A DNA stretch of 64,000 nt from Salpingoeca rosetta (GCA_033442325.1 JAWQFM010000002.1:275954-339953); one strand, 5' to 3'; shown: positions 1-13,416, counted from the stretch's first letter. The notes: a model not told the origin generated them from the sequence alone. A program made the numbers and translations.

Positions 1-3
1 GTG

Positions 4-44
<41 letters not shown>

Positions 45-477
45 CATTCGCTAGTTTGTTTGTTCGTTTGTTTGTGTCTGTGTTTCAGTGCACCTGAAGG
101 GGTTGCTTGCTTCGGCTTGGCAATGCAGACGTTCTCACGCGACCCCAACACCCACTCGTTGTTGCATTGTACTGCACGTTCTTCTTCACATGGCAGGCCA
201 TGTGCGAGTGTCTGCCTGGCTCAAGCATCACCATGTCTCAACAGACGGTCGCTTCCAACTGAGAATGCTGTTGTTGCTTCGATTCCACTTGTGCTTGTTA
301 CACGTGTAGTGCCTAGGTTTTAGAGTGTGCCACAGCAGAGCAGTCGAGCAGTGCCCCTGCTCTTCTAGCCTGTCAGGCCATCGCAGTGTGTTGTTGCTGG
401 CTTGCTGGCTTGCCATATTAGTGCATCAAATTAAAATTGTGTGAAACCATAATTTGGAAAATCTGGCATATCTTGTG

Positions 478-487
478 CCTTTTCCCC
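478..487 (+). promoter_or_regulatory. Candidate TCT/5'TOP-like pyrimidine initiator of RPS27
   Basis: CCTTTTCCCC about 70 nt upstream of the RPS27 ATG, preceded by an AT-rich stretch. The TSS is not known. Confidence 0.3.
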
Positions 488-552
488 ACAACCAAGGTTT
501 TGTCGAAGGCAACCACCACGAGGAACCCTCGCGTCCACCCACCACCGCCACC

Positions 553-1346
553 ATGCCTGTGAGTCGTATGTGTGTCTGTCTGCGTCCGTCTGTGTCTGTG
601 TCTGCCTGTGTGTCTGCCTGTGTGTCTGTCTGCCTGTGTGTCTGTGTGTCTGTCTGTGTCTGTATGTCTGTGTCTGTATGTGTGTGTCTGTGTGTGTGTG
701 TGTGTGTTTCCGTGCGTACATGCTTGTCTGTATCTGTGTCTGTGTCTTTGTCTGTGTCTGTGTGTACATGTCTCTGCCTCTCCCCGCCCCCTCCCCCACA
801 ATGCCTCCTCCTCTCTATCTCTGTGTGTGTGTGTGTGTGCGTCCATTTCTGTGCGAAACTCCTTGCTTCCTTTCTTGTTGTCGTCTGTTTTGTTCTTAAA
901 CCTTGGTCTCTTTCTGCCTGCGCTGTCATCCTCGCGCGCGCTCGCTCACGCTAACCAACACCAACACACCAACACACACGCACCATGCGTACACGCATGT
1001 ACGCACCAGCTTGCCATCGATCTCCTGAACCCTCGCCCCGAGCGGGAGGCGACAAAGCACAAGCTGAAGCGCCTGGTTCAGTCGCCGGACTCTTACTTCA
1101 TGGACGTCCGCTGCCCTGGCTGCGCCTTCATCTCCACCGTCTTCTCGCACGCCTCCACCGTCGTGGTCTGCAGCAACTGCACTCAGATCCTGTGCCAGCC
1201 AACTGGTGGCAAGGCCCGCCTCACAGAGGGTACGATGATGCTTGCAGAAAAGAGCTATAGAGGAGTGGGAGAGAGTGAAATGAATTGTAGCAGCTGTTGT
1301 TGTTGTTGTTGTTGTTGTTGTTAGTGTTGGTGTTGTTTGTAAGTTC

Positions 1347-1392
<46 letters not shown>

Positions 1393-1419
1393 AAGTTCTT
1401 GTTGTTGTTGTTGTTTGAG

Positions 1420-1459
<40 letters not shown>

Positions 1460-1926
1460 CGTCGTCGTCGTCTTTGTCCTTGTCCTTGTCGTTGTCGTCG
1501 TTGTCGTTGCTGCTGCGCTCACTCCTCTGATTGCAGAGTCATGCCGTCCCCTCTTTCTACTTCTTGCCGTTGTGTACTCTGATCGCGGGTCTATCCGCAC
1601 GCCTTCGTCAATATTGTCTCTGGTGTTCGTTTTTCGGCCAACATCCACTCGCTGTCCTCACGTTGTCACCCCCTCCTTCCCTCCTTGCCGCACACATACA
1701 TACATCCATACATACATCCATCCATCCATCCATCCATACATACATACATACATACATACATACACACATACATACATACATACATACATACATACATACA
1801 TACATACATACATACATACATACATACATACATACATACATACATACATACACACATACATACACGCACATTTTCCCCCTCCCCCTCATTGCAGGCTGCA
1901 GCTTCAGGAAGAAGAAGACCTTCTAA
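553..1926 (+). CDS. RPS27: 40S ribosomal protein S27 (eS27), 3 exons: 553-558, 1010-1229, 1895-1926
   Basis: Spliced product MP|[38 protein letters not shown]...[24 protein letters not shown]|CSFRKKKTF* matches the eS27 C4 zinc ribbon. Both GT-AG introns are in phase. Confidence 0.97.
1295..1460. repeat. (TTG)n microsatellite in RPS27 intron 2
   Basis: Direct reading; an (ATAC)n tract follows at about 1693-1865. Confidence 0.95.
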
Positions 1927-2216
1927 AGCCGCTGGTTGCATTTGAACCGCTGTCTTTGCGTGCGCAACGTGTGTACTGCGTGCGCGGTGCTGCCTGCTGC
2001 GTTCCCTTGCTTGCATGTTCTGAGCTGAGTGTTGGTTCGTCAAGGATCCCTTTGCACCATTGCATGGCACCGCAGTTGTCGCGTCAGTACACACCGCGCC
2101 AAGACACCACACCCGAACCGATTTTGATCACATGTGTGTGTTGGGGGAGTGTTGTTATGTTGTGCATGGCTGGAGTCATCTGAACTGCATCCAACAGCAA
2201 CATCGACAAACAACAA

Positions 2217-2299
<83 letters not shown>

Positions 2300-3995
2300 A
2301 CCACACACACACACACACACACACAATACACACAATACACACGCGTTGTCTGAATTCAGTCGAAAACATGAGGTGGCGAAACTCCTCGGAAACCATCGTG
2401 CATACGCAATCGAAACACGCGAATAGTGGCGTGTGCTGTGTTTTGCATGCAAGCACAAAACCCCGCTTCCCTCAGTTGCTTCACTCGGTTGCTTGCTTCT
2501 GCGTCTGTCACAACAATGTCATGTCGGTCAATCAACCCAAAACACGCAGCACAGCACAACGCCACACCCCGTTGCAGCACCTCTTGTTGCTTCAGCACTG
2601 CGTCCGTGCGACCTTGGTTGCAGCTTTTCCCCCTCGTCTTGCTTTTGTGGCTGCGTGTCACTTGCATCGATTGCGTGATCGGTGCTCGCCACTTGAGGGC
2701 TTGATGCAAGTATCTCGGTTCAAAGTAAGACAAAACCGCGCAAGACGGACCAGCAAGCGGCACCAACGGTAGAACGGTGGGCACTCCCAGCGGTTGTGTG
2801 TGCGTGGAGACACCCAAGAGCACGGGACGGGCTCAAGGGCAAAGAGCGTCAGCAGCAGAAACAGCAGAAACAGCAAGGACAAGGCCAAGTCAAGCAAGCA
2901 GGTGCAGCCAGCGGTCTGTCTTTCGTCGGTGGCGCAGCAGCAGCAAAGCTCAAGCGCAAGCAATCCACGCAAGCAATCCACGCAAGCATTTGCTAGGTTA
3001 GCATCATCCCCATGTGCCAGCAATTGGGCAGTCTGGGGAATGGTGGGGTGGGAATGGGAACGGCTATGAGGGTGGGGTGCGCATGCAGTTCACTTACCAA
3101 CCTTGATTCCGCTGCTGCCCTTCCTCCTTCTTTGATGTGCATGACCATCTCACCCCTTCACCCTCAATGCAACTGTGGCTGCTGGCGATTCCACCCGCCC
3201 ACCTCAACCGAACCCCATGTTCTCAGCTTGTTCTTTGTCAGCACTGGCGCCACTCCAGTCCACAGCTGGTCGAGCGGGTTTGTTTCCTGGTCGCCAAGGC
3301 TTCCACCCAGCCCCTGCCCCCAGTAAGTCAAGAGGAAGTTTGCTTGGGTTCTGGGGTGCTTGTGGTCTTGCAGCCCTTGCATGTGGCATGTGATGGCGTT
3401 GGGCTGCTGTGATTCGGTGGTGCAAGGGTACGGTATGATCAGTACTCTGCTTCAATACATCCTCACTGTGCTCTGCTCGTGGCCATCAACAGCATACACA
3501 AACGCGCATACACACACAGAAACGCAAACACACGCACAAAAACGCGCATCCAGACACGCATACACACACATATAGAGACATGCACACATCCATGCACACA
3601 CTTACAACAACAAACAAAACGAATAAGAAGCGAGCAGAGACACACCCGCTCAACCACACAACCAGCAACCACACAACCAACAACCACGCACGTGGCTCCC
3701 TCTCTGTGTGCATACTGCTCATGCAGCCCTGCACTTGGCCTTTGCGCTTGATTTTATTCTCTCCCCCCCCCCCCCGTTCCCCGCAGATACTTTTCAACCC
3801 TCCACACACCCGCACTCGAAGACTACTCCTACAAGCAAACTAGATCTGCCAACCGCCGTCTTCTCCCTTGCTTGCAGGCAGAGCAAACGGACGATCGAGC
3901 TACTCCTTTCATTCATCTGTAGACCTTCCCAGCTTTCCTGACTCCCTCCTCCCAGCCTCCCAATCTCTCACCCGGGACACACGAAAACAGGCAGC

Positions 3996-4067
3996 ATGTC
4001 TTCCTCTCATGGGACAATGAGCGCAAGCGATGGCGTCTCGTGCGCATCACCCGTACAAGCAGACACG

Positions 4068-4103
<36 letters not shown>

Positions 4104-4152
4104 CCGCAGAAGCACAGGAAGAAGACGAAACAACAACAACAGCAGCAGCAGC

Positions 4153-4213
<61 letters not shown>

Positions 4214-4216
4214 GAC

Positions 4217-4281
<65 letters not shown>

Positions 4282-5918
4282 GACACCAACGACGACGACG
4301 ACGACGACAACAACAACAACTACAACAACTACAACAACTACAACCACAGCAAGACCAGCGCGAGATGAATCGGAGGTGGCGCAGAAATAAGCAGCGACGA
4401 GAACGCTACCGCCAACAACAGGAAGCCCTTTCGCCGCGCGTGCGAGCGGAAATCAGACAAGTGAACCGAAGCGCAGCAAAGCGATATCGCGAGGAAGTCC
4501 ATAAACGAACACGGGCGTGGTACGTGGAGCTGCAGCGCACGCGAGCGCGTAACTTGCAGCTCAGGCGACGAGCCAAGGCCGTGTCCCGACAGCTACGCGA
4601 CCTGATGCTGCAGGTCACCGACAGCGCTGCCACCCTCCTTCCCCTTGTCCAACGCCTCAAACAGGCTCCAGGCAAGCAACACCGTGACCACCACCAACAG
4701 CAACAAGCGGTGCCTGAGCACACATCACAACAACAACAACAACCAACCACCGCAACCGCAAGCAGAAGCGAAGTTGACAACATCGACGACGACGACAACA
4801 GTGACAATGAGGATGACGCACTGGTGCCAAAGGGTATGGAAGGCACTGGGCAGCACAGGCTTGCACGCGTGCTCGCTGCCGCTGATGCCGCAGCCAACCT
4901 CGACACGGGGTCTGCTGATGATTCGTCCTCGCCCGGGAGCGATGACGGCGACGACGGCGACGACGACGACGACGACACCGGTGATGAGGGTGGGGATGGC
5001 GTCACCTTGACACGGGGTTCGAGCGCGATGGGTTTCCCGTCTGCAACATCCCCACTTGCGGGCATTGGGGCTGACCGGCAGACAGCAAAATCAGCGAAAG
5101 CAGTGCATCTGCTTCATCGCAACGGCCACGCCTGCGCAGCAGGCTCGTCACCTACCCGCGGCCACCCTGCCTCGCTCAACCCTTCTTCTTCGCCTACAAG
5201 CAGTGCCGTGACCCCTGCTGGCCATCAGAGCCGCGCCTTCGCCGTGCCGCTGCAAGCGCAGCTCCCCTGCGCGCCACCGTCCACCGTGATTAGAGCCCAC
5301 CAATCATACTTGCAGCCATTCGCAATGTGCGCGCCGCTCACCAGCGCAAGCATGCAGCCCGCATCACAACAACAACAACCACAGCAACAACAACAACAAC
5401 AGCCGCCGTCGCAGGTGCAGCCTCAGCAACAGCTACTCTCTTTTCCAAACGGCCATACACAGTATCCGTCCTCAATTGTGCCGTGGCAGGTTCCTGGTTG
5501 GGCACCGCCGCAACAGCAGCACATGCAGCCCATGCAGCCCATGCCTCCGCTTGTGCCACCGATGCATCAGCAGTATCCTCATCCTCATCATCAGCAGCAG
5601 CAGCAACAAACATTTCTGCTGCACCAACAGCCTCCACTCTCGGCGCTCTGGCCTTCGAGCATCGCAGCGGCGCCAGCGGCGCTAGCGTTGGCCGCGGGTG
5701 CGTGGTGGCGAGCTCCACACCAGCCCAGCCCCGCGCCGGGCACGGGCACGGGCATGGGCATGGGTTCCCAGAGCCAGGCCTTTTCTAATATGCCACCAAG
5801 CATGGGTTCGGCTGCACACGTGCCACCAACAGGCGCACCCACGCCGCTGCCCCACCCATTCAATCCTGCCACGTACACTAGCAGCATTGGAAGCAGCAAC
5901 GACGCCCCGCCGGCGTAA
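3996..5918 (+). CDS. Intronless polyQ-containing bZIP transcription factor (640 aa)
   Basis: Basic region RQVNRSAAKRYREE has the bZIP N-x7-R signature (ATF4-like NxxAAxRYR). A heptad zipper follows (ELQRTRARNLQLRRRAKAVSRQLRDL), flanked by Q/P-rich low-complexity sequence. Confidence 0.75.
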
Positions 5919-6104
5919 CTCAGTGGTGTGGTGGGGTACTCCACCGGCTTCTTGATGCTCGTCACGGTGAAGGCGCCATGGCGACGAGCACACGACAAGC
6001 GCCGCAGCGACAACGCCAATGCGACGACACGCAGTCGGTGGTCATGTGCAGACGTTGCCTCAGCCCATCCGTTCTGGTCGTCAGCTTTTGTTACTGCTGA
6101 CCTC

Positions 6105-6200
6105 CTTCCTTCCTTCCTTCCTTCCTTCCTTCCTTCCTTCCTTCCTTCCTTCCTTCCTTCCTTCCTTCCTTCCTTCCTTCATTCCTTCCTTCCTTCTTTC
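6105..6200. repeat. (TTCC)n microsatellite; (CA)n(CT)n follows at about 6306-6410
   Basis: Direct reading. Confidence 0.95.
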
Positions 6201-6304
6201 CTTCACCAGCCTGCTGGTGTCATTCTCTCGTCTCAAGCTACCAGAGCGCCAGGCGTTGAGCTCTTGTGTTTTACCTCCACTTGTCTGGCCTTACCACAGA
6301 AACA

Positions 6305-6412
<108 letters not shown>

Positions 6413-7240
6413 CGCACACATACAGTCCCCCCCCCCCGCCTCACACACACACACACCCTTACACACACTCTTTGTTTTATCTGCTCTTACAATGCTTGAC
6501 GGTTAATTGCACCATTCTGATAGCCCTCTTTGAAGGAAGCCGATCATTCTAGCTCATTTATATTTCGCGTCCCTCTTTTCAAACTTGCCCCTCGGCCATA
6601 ACACTCTCCTCAAAACCACTGGCGCACTGTCATCCTCTTCTTTCGCCTCCTTCACCTCTCTGATTGTGCCTTCCTGCAAGCGTGAGAAGTACCCAGCATC
6701 CACGTACGTGTCTCCTTTGCGTCCTTCTCTCGCAGGGCACCCAGAGAGGCGCTTCTTCCCCCTCCGCTCTCCTGTCCTGGTCCTCAACACACTTTTACCC
6801 CCTTCTGTCCTTGGTCCTCAGCACTCCACTCCCGTGTCTACTACCATCCCATCCTTCCCTCCTTCTTCCATGCGCACTTATTCAATTCAAGTATTCATCC
6901 TCCTTTCTTTCCCCCCCCCCCCCTTTTTTTTTCTTTCTAGTCCTTGGTGACGGGTCATCTTCTGCCCTGTTTTCGAGTTGCTCTCTCTGCCAGGCTGTTC
7001 TCTGCATCACCCGTTTGTCCTAGCCTTTGAGCTTCTTCCACCCCTGATTACCTGCGCAGTGGAGCCCCTTTTAAGTACACAAAGGAAATGCAAGGCAAAT
7101 TGGTTGTGGCACGAGTGCTTGCGTTTGAGGCTTGTTCCAAATGCACAACAAGACAAACGGACGGAGACAAGTGGTGGAGCGACAACGCAAATCCGTGCTT
7201 CAAGACACCACAAATTGAACCACACACGCGACAACGAACA

Positions 7241-8532
7241 ATGCCAACAAGACCGCAGCCTCACCCCCTGGCACGGACGTGCCTCGTGTTCCTGCTGGCT
7301 GTCTTTGGGTTCTTGGCAGGGGTGCAACACGCGCCCTGCTTGTGCTGGGGCAGAGCGGTGCTTGTGGAAGACAAGGCAACTGGCGCGCTGCACATCAACA
7401 CGAGTGACCCTGCGCACCAGCACGTGTTCATCAACGGCATCAGCACAAGAACTTTGTATGACACGGTGCTGCAACAGCAACGCGTGCTGGAGGCGCAGCA
7501 CCGCATCAACCAGGCGCAGCAGAAAACCATCAGCGCCCTTCAAGCCAGGGTATGCTCCCCTCTGCTCGACACCACAACCATAGACAGCCTGGGTTCAGAG
7601 GACCTCAAATGGGCTGGCGGCGTTCTGGCAAACAATGGGTTGATCTACGGTATCCCGCACAAGGCGTCCGCCGTGCTCATCATCGACCCTTCCACCAACA
7701 CCGCCGACACCACCTCCATCGCCGGCCTCAGTAATAGCGGATACAAGTGGGCGGGCGGCGTCCTGCTTCCAACCTCGGGCAAGATTTACGCGTTTCCGCG
7801 GATGAAACGGCCGTCCTCATAATCGATCCCATGACCAATACCGCCAACAGCGACACCATCACCGGCCTGCCTTTTGGCGGCAGCAAGTGGCTCAGTGGCA
7901 TCCTCGCCGACAATGGTCTCATCTATGGCATTCCATGGGACTCCACCTCGGTTCTCATCATCAACCCCAGCACAAACACGACGGACACAAGCACAATCTC
8001 CGATCTGGACACCAGCGGCAGCAAGTGGTACGGTGCCGCCATCGCCGGAAACGGCCTCATCTACTCCATGCCGCGCAATGCCCAGGCTGTGCTGATCATT
8101 GACCCTTCCAACAACTCCGCGGATGTGTCCACCATTAGCGGATTCCCCAACGGCGGAAATAAATGGCAAGGAACCGTGCTTGCAGGCAACGGCCTCCTGT
8201 ATGGCATCCCGTTTAGCGCGGACGCCGCACTTATTGTGGATCCCACCACGAACACAGCCGACACAACTACCCTCGCCGGTCTGCCGTCAGACACATACAA
8301 GTGGCGTGGCGGTGCTCTCGCCACAAACGGGGTCATCGTCGCTTTTCCGAGCCGTGCATCCGGCGTCCTTCTCATCGATCCAAGCACCAACACGACCGAC
8401 GTCAGTACTTTGGCGGGTCTTCCAGCGGGCGGGGAAAAGTGGTTTAACGGCGTGTTGGCTGCAAACGACCGCATCTACGCCATTCCGCATCGATCCGAAG
8501 AAGTTCTAATTGTTGCAACCTCCAGCTGCTAA
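7241..8532 (+). pseudogene. Secreted protein: signal peptide, short beta-rich N-domain, coiled coil and seven ~46-aa repeats (predicted 7-blade beta-propeller); one-base frame break at about 7799 (pseudogene or assembly error)
   Basis: ORFs 7088-7822 and 7747-8532 carry the same repeat, KWxGGVLAxNGLIYGIPxxxxxVLIIDPxTNTxDT. At TTT CCG CG GAT GAA, one extra base restores the repeat register. Hydrophobic N-terminus CLVFLLAVFGFLAGV. Confidence 0.8.
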
Positions 8533-8631
8533 TCGCTTGACGCGCTGGGCGGAGCGAGACAGACATTGTGTATGCGTGCGTGCGTGCGTGCATGTGTGTG
8601 TGTGTGCGTGCGTGCGTGCATGTGTGTGTGC

Positions 8632-8725
<94 letters not shown>

Positions 8726-9834
8726 AATGTGCATGTGTCCAATGTGCGTGCACGTATGTTGGCTGAACTTGGGGTTGGCATATTTGACCAGCCTTGGACG
8801 TGTGCATGCAAGGCTGATGCTGCCTTTGCTGGTGCACTCGGACATATGCCTGATGCGCGTGTGTGCGTGTGTGTATTCGTGTCTTTTGAATAGCTGAGCG
8901 AGCATTTGATGATGAAAAGAATATAAGAGTATCGAGTGAACAAGGCTGTGCATGAACCTGTCAACAATGCCCGTGCTGCTGCACTCGGGAGGGGGGGGGG
9001 GAGATTGTTTAAGGGTGTGGTTGGTGGAGCGTGTGTTTGAGTAAATGGGGCGCCTGGCTGTAACGGTTGGCCCCTGAGGGTAAGAACTACAAGGAGATGG
9101 GAATGCGGAAGGGGGGGGGCAAATAGGCGGAGACTGCTTTGAATATCTGTCGTGAACACGGACGGTGGAAACAAACGGATGGGCATCATCCATGTGTTGA
9201 CTTTGATGGTGCTGCTGTGTGGCATGTGTGGTTGGATGGTGTCTTTGTTGTGGCTGCGTTGGTCGTGTGTACTTATCAAAGGGACAGCAGCTAGAAAACA
9301 TGGGTAAAACAAAGCAAACGAGCTAGCCATCTTAGCATCTTGGTCCAGACAGACCAGGCACGAGAAGAGAGTGCAGGACAGGTCACAGACGCGGACAAGA
9401 AGAAAAAAAGGTGGGACAAGGAACAAGAACAGGAAACAGGAAAGACGAGTGGCGCGCCCGTGCAGAGCAACAACGCAGAGCACGGCGACAGGCCAGGGCC
9501 TACGTGCAGTCAAGCACTCTGCCCAATGCCCAAGAAACATAGACAAGGAGGAGTGCTCCACAATTGCATGCACACACACACACTGGCAAAACAGAACAAA
9601 ACAAACAAGCACGCATCAGCGCCCTCGCACAGTACCAGAGTGCCCGTGTTCGATGCCCATACACATGAATCACATGTAAAGAAACTGTCGACTCCCAAAC
9701 CAACAGCATCACACCAAGAGCAACACAGAGTCGTGTGCTTAGACAAAAGGGCACGCTTTTTCCTTGCGCGCAAGCATACTGTGCTTGTGGGCAAACAAAG
9801 GTTGCCCAAGGGCCTCGTGCCGGTCACGAAGGAG

Positions 9835-10491
9835 CTAGACTGTAGATGAGTCGTACGTTCGCGACTGCGACATGTCAGAAAGCCGCGTGTATGTGGACAA
9901 TGACGGCGACGCCGTCCGCGGTGCACTGGTGCTCGCTCCTGGGATGCGGGAGATGCCTTTGCTGCTCGGGTTGCGTGGTGTCGACATGCCAGAGGGCATG
10001 AGCTGCTGGCAGTGTGCAGCGAGACGCGGAACGTTAAATGCGCCAGCACACGCCGCAAGCTGCGGAAGCATGTCCGTGCTGCTGACCGCCACACGACCCG
10101 TGTGCATGTAAGCAAGGAAGGCGTCAAACACGGAGGGGCTCCACTTGTCGATACGAACGGCCCGGCGGCTTGGTAAAGTGGCCGCAGGCGTGGGAGGCAG
10201 CGGCGCCGTCACGTTGCTTGCTAATGCTGCTGTCGAGTGTGACACTGGGAGGGCCGCATCAATCATGGCTGCAAGCACGCGGCTCTGGTGGCACAGGACC
10301 GCCGACATGCCGTAGAGGGGAGGGTGGCCTGGCGCGAGATGGAACTCCACATCGCATGTTGCAGCTGTGCGCTCGAGTACAGGAGCAGCGCTGGTCAAGA
10401 CAGCAGATATTGAGATCTGTTGTCGGTGATCGATGATCATGGGCGGCACGTCAGAAGAATGGGAAGGAGGAGAGCCAAGCGAATGTTGTTG

Positions 10492-10553
<62 letters not shown>

Positions 10554-12370
10554 GGTGGTGGTGGTGTTGGTGTTGGTGTTGTTGTTGGTGGTGTTGTTGT
10601 TGTTGTGTCCGGACCCACAGCTGCTGTATCATCTGCTCCCGTTGGCGACATGCATCAGCTTCGCCAAGTGGGGAATGGAGTGCACCCTGTACGTGTGTCG
10701 GCTGAGGTATCGTCGCTGGTTGTACTGGTGGGAGGCTCGAATGAGTCGACGAAAACAGGGCGTGGCCTTGGAGCAGGCCCGAGGGAACATAGTCGTCCAT
10801 CCCATGCAACGACCTGCCAACTGTGGAGGCCCTATGCTGGTCCCCGTGCTGGTGATGACGGTGGTGGTGACCGCTGTCGCCATCGCGCTGCTGAGATGAT
10901 GGTTTTGGATACTGCGTGGCCCTGTAGTCGATGGTGGATTGATAGGGCGCTATGCTGGACCCATCGCGCGCTGTGGCCTGGCGATCACGCGCATCTGCGT
11001 GCCCAGCCACTGCGCTGACGTGCCTTCCCATGCTGCCGCGGGAACCTGGGCGACCGCTCTCAGTTGTGTGGTTTGTGATGGGGTCCGATGTGGCGGTGTG
11101 GGATGAGGTGGAGTGTGACGAGGCAGAGAGTGATGGTCGTGAGCCAAGCACCCTCCGTCGTAGCCGCTGGAGAAGGGTGGTCCTGCGACGCTCAATCGGC
11201 GAGGTGGCGCGCTGAGATCCCCGGCCAGGTGCAGATGTGTCTGTTCCGGTCATATGAATTCAAAAAAAAAAAAAAAAAAAAGGGGGCAAGCGGCAAGGGG
11301 AGCAACGCGGATAGGTTCATGGCAGGGAGATCACGTGTGAGCGGCCTGATCACAGAGAGCAAGAGCTGTGGGTGATGTTATCCAACGAAGTACCCGCACA
11401 CGCACACGCACACACACACACACACACAGACACACACACACACACACACAACACAACACGTGCAGATGGCTGCGTAGGTGAACAGGACGCTCCAGGCACA
11501 AGTTGTATGAAATGAGTCCAAAATCCACACGCCAGCAGGTGCTTATGCACTTCACCGAGGAGCAAGAACATAACAAAGCAGAAAACAAAGGCCAGGGATA
11601 AGGGGCGAAGCAACGACCGATGCAACACCACATCTCTCACTCTTGCCCCCCCCTCCCTGCTCACCTGCGCTAGCACTTCGGCGCGCGGCGTGGGATGAAT
11701 GCCTTTTCTCCTTTTTCTCATACTGGTCATCTGTTGAGACGCCGGTCATTTTCTGTACCAATCGCGCGCAAGCAGCACAGTGCTCCGGCTCACAGGGCTG
11801 GTGTGGTGCGTGGTCGCCTGTGCGTGTGTGGGTGCTGTGAGAGAGTGCATGCAGCCGCCAGACGAGCTCCTGCACCACGCGTTCGTGCGTGAGCCCGCGG
11901 GGAGCAGGGCACGTGCCGGGCGAGAGCTTGAGGGCCAGGTGTTGCTGCTGCTCGTGGTGCGGCTGCCAGTGTTGCTGCCGTTGCTGTTGCCAGTGCTGTA
12001 CGTATGTCTGCGGTGGCTGCCTCACTGGTGGTGCGGTGCTGACATCACGATGTCCGACAAGAGCTGTGTCTGACAAGGGGCGCCCAGCGTCTGCATCTGT
12101 CTGCGGACAAAACGGCTGCATGTCAGAAGCCACTGCCTGCAGCACAACTGCTGGCTGCCTTTGCTGCTGTCGTTGCTGCGAAGGGCAGGCGGTGGACGCA
12201 AAGCCGGCAAGGGGTGCAGCCTCGCTGCCGGGGTGACTGGTGGAGGCTGAGGGGCTGCTGGGTGTCAAGGGCATCACTGCGTGTGTTGTTGATGCTGGGA
12301 ACCACTGCTGCGATGGCTGTGCATGGTGTGCCTGGTGTAGTGCATGGCGTGCAGGCGTCCTGTCGGCCAT
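9835..12370 (-). CDS. BTB/POZ domain protein, probably 2 exons (12370-11665, 11240-9835)
   Basis: C-terminal CDVEFHL...LYGMSAVLCHQSRVLAAMI...VRIDKWSPSVFDAFLAYMHTGRV...QLAACAGAFNVPRLAAHCQQLM is a typical BTB. Donor GCAG|gtgagc and acceptor aacag|AC are both phase 1. Confidence 0.75.
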
Positions 12371-13034
12371 GCTGTTGCCATGTGGCACTGTGATGTCGGG
12401 TTATCGTGGCAGGGCTTGATCAGTTGATCAACGGGCGGTGATCTGCTCGGAGTCGGATACGAAACAGAGTCAATGCGCTGCTGGTTGCCTTCTGCCTCGT
12501 ATGATGGTATTGCAGACCGATGTCTGCTCGCTGATGCAGGAACGACGCAAGGGGTTTGCGAAGGGATTTGATCAACAGGGGATGAATGTCATGTCACAAA
12601 GCACAAGCGAAAGGCCAAGGAAGCTTCTGTGGTTCGCTTGTTGCTCGCTCTTCTCCGTGCTTTATCTCTTGCTGCTCAAGCCACACGACGCACACACACC
12701 AATGAGCTCCTGGAAGTTTGGTTCCGTGGCTGGCGCTTTGATTGTGATTAGAGTTCCAAGAAAAGCGGACATGTTTGGTTTCCACGAACCGGGCAAATGA
12801 TGTGCCCTGTACGCATTTAAAATGGGCACGATGACGACCAACATTTTGTAGCGTGAGTGCGAATTCGCGTTTACTGCATTCAAGCGCGCATGCGACGTTG
12901 CGAAGTGGGCACGACACGCAATTTGACACAAAATAAAGCAATTCTTGCGCCTGCCCTCAAGTCGTGTACAATGCGACCGCTCGACCTACGTTCTTCTGAT
13001 TCATTCGTTTATTGCTTTGGTGGTGTAGTTGTTG

Positions 13035-13360
13035 TTAGGTGTGGAAACGACGCAACAGCACGTCCATGCGTGAGTGGAACCGCGGGGATGTGATGCGCGC
13101 GTCTGCCCTCAGCAACGGGTTTGCCAACGCCTATGCGTGCGTTAGGGTGTGTGTGTGTGCATGCGTGAGTGAGCGTGTCGGAAGGCAAACAAAGGGCATG
13201 AAAGAAAGGCGAATAAAGATCAGCAGCATGCAGAGTGCAACGCGCAACTCTCTGTGACCCCATTACAGGGTGCGTTTGAACCGCACAATTGTCCCTCAAG
13301 CACAAGTCTTTGGTGGTGTCTTGGTGCGCAGCACTACACACACACACGCACACACACACG

Positions 13361-13416
<56 letters not shown>

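Noticed and set aside
317-325. GTTTTAGAG resembling a type II CRISPR repeat start
   Set aside because: A single 9-mer with no array or cas genes, in a eukaryotic context.
1230-1640. Possible intronic snoRNA in RPS27 intron 2 (ATGATG near the donor, CTGA motifs, CAGAGT/ACTCTG stem)
   Set aside because: Box C is imperfect and far from the CTGA motifs, and there is no H (ANANNA)/ACA arrangement.
6554-6790. 78-aa minus-strand ORF with protein-like composition
   Set aside because: No ATG start, no recognisable motif and no supporting exons.
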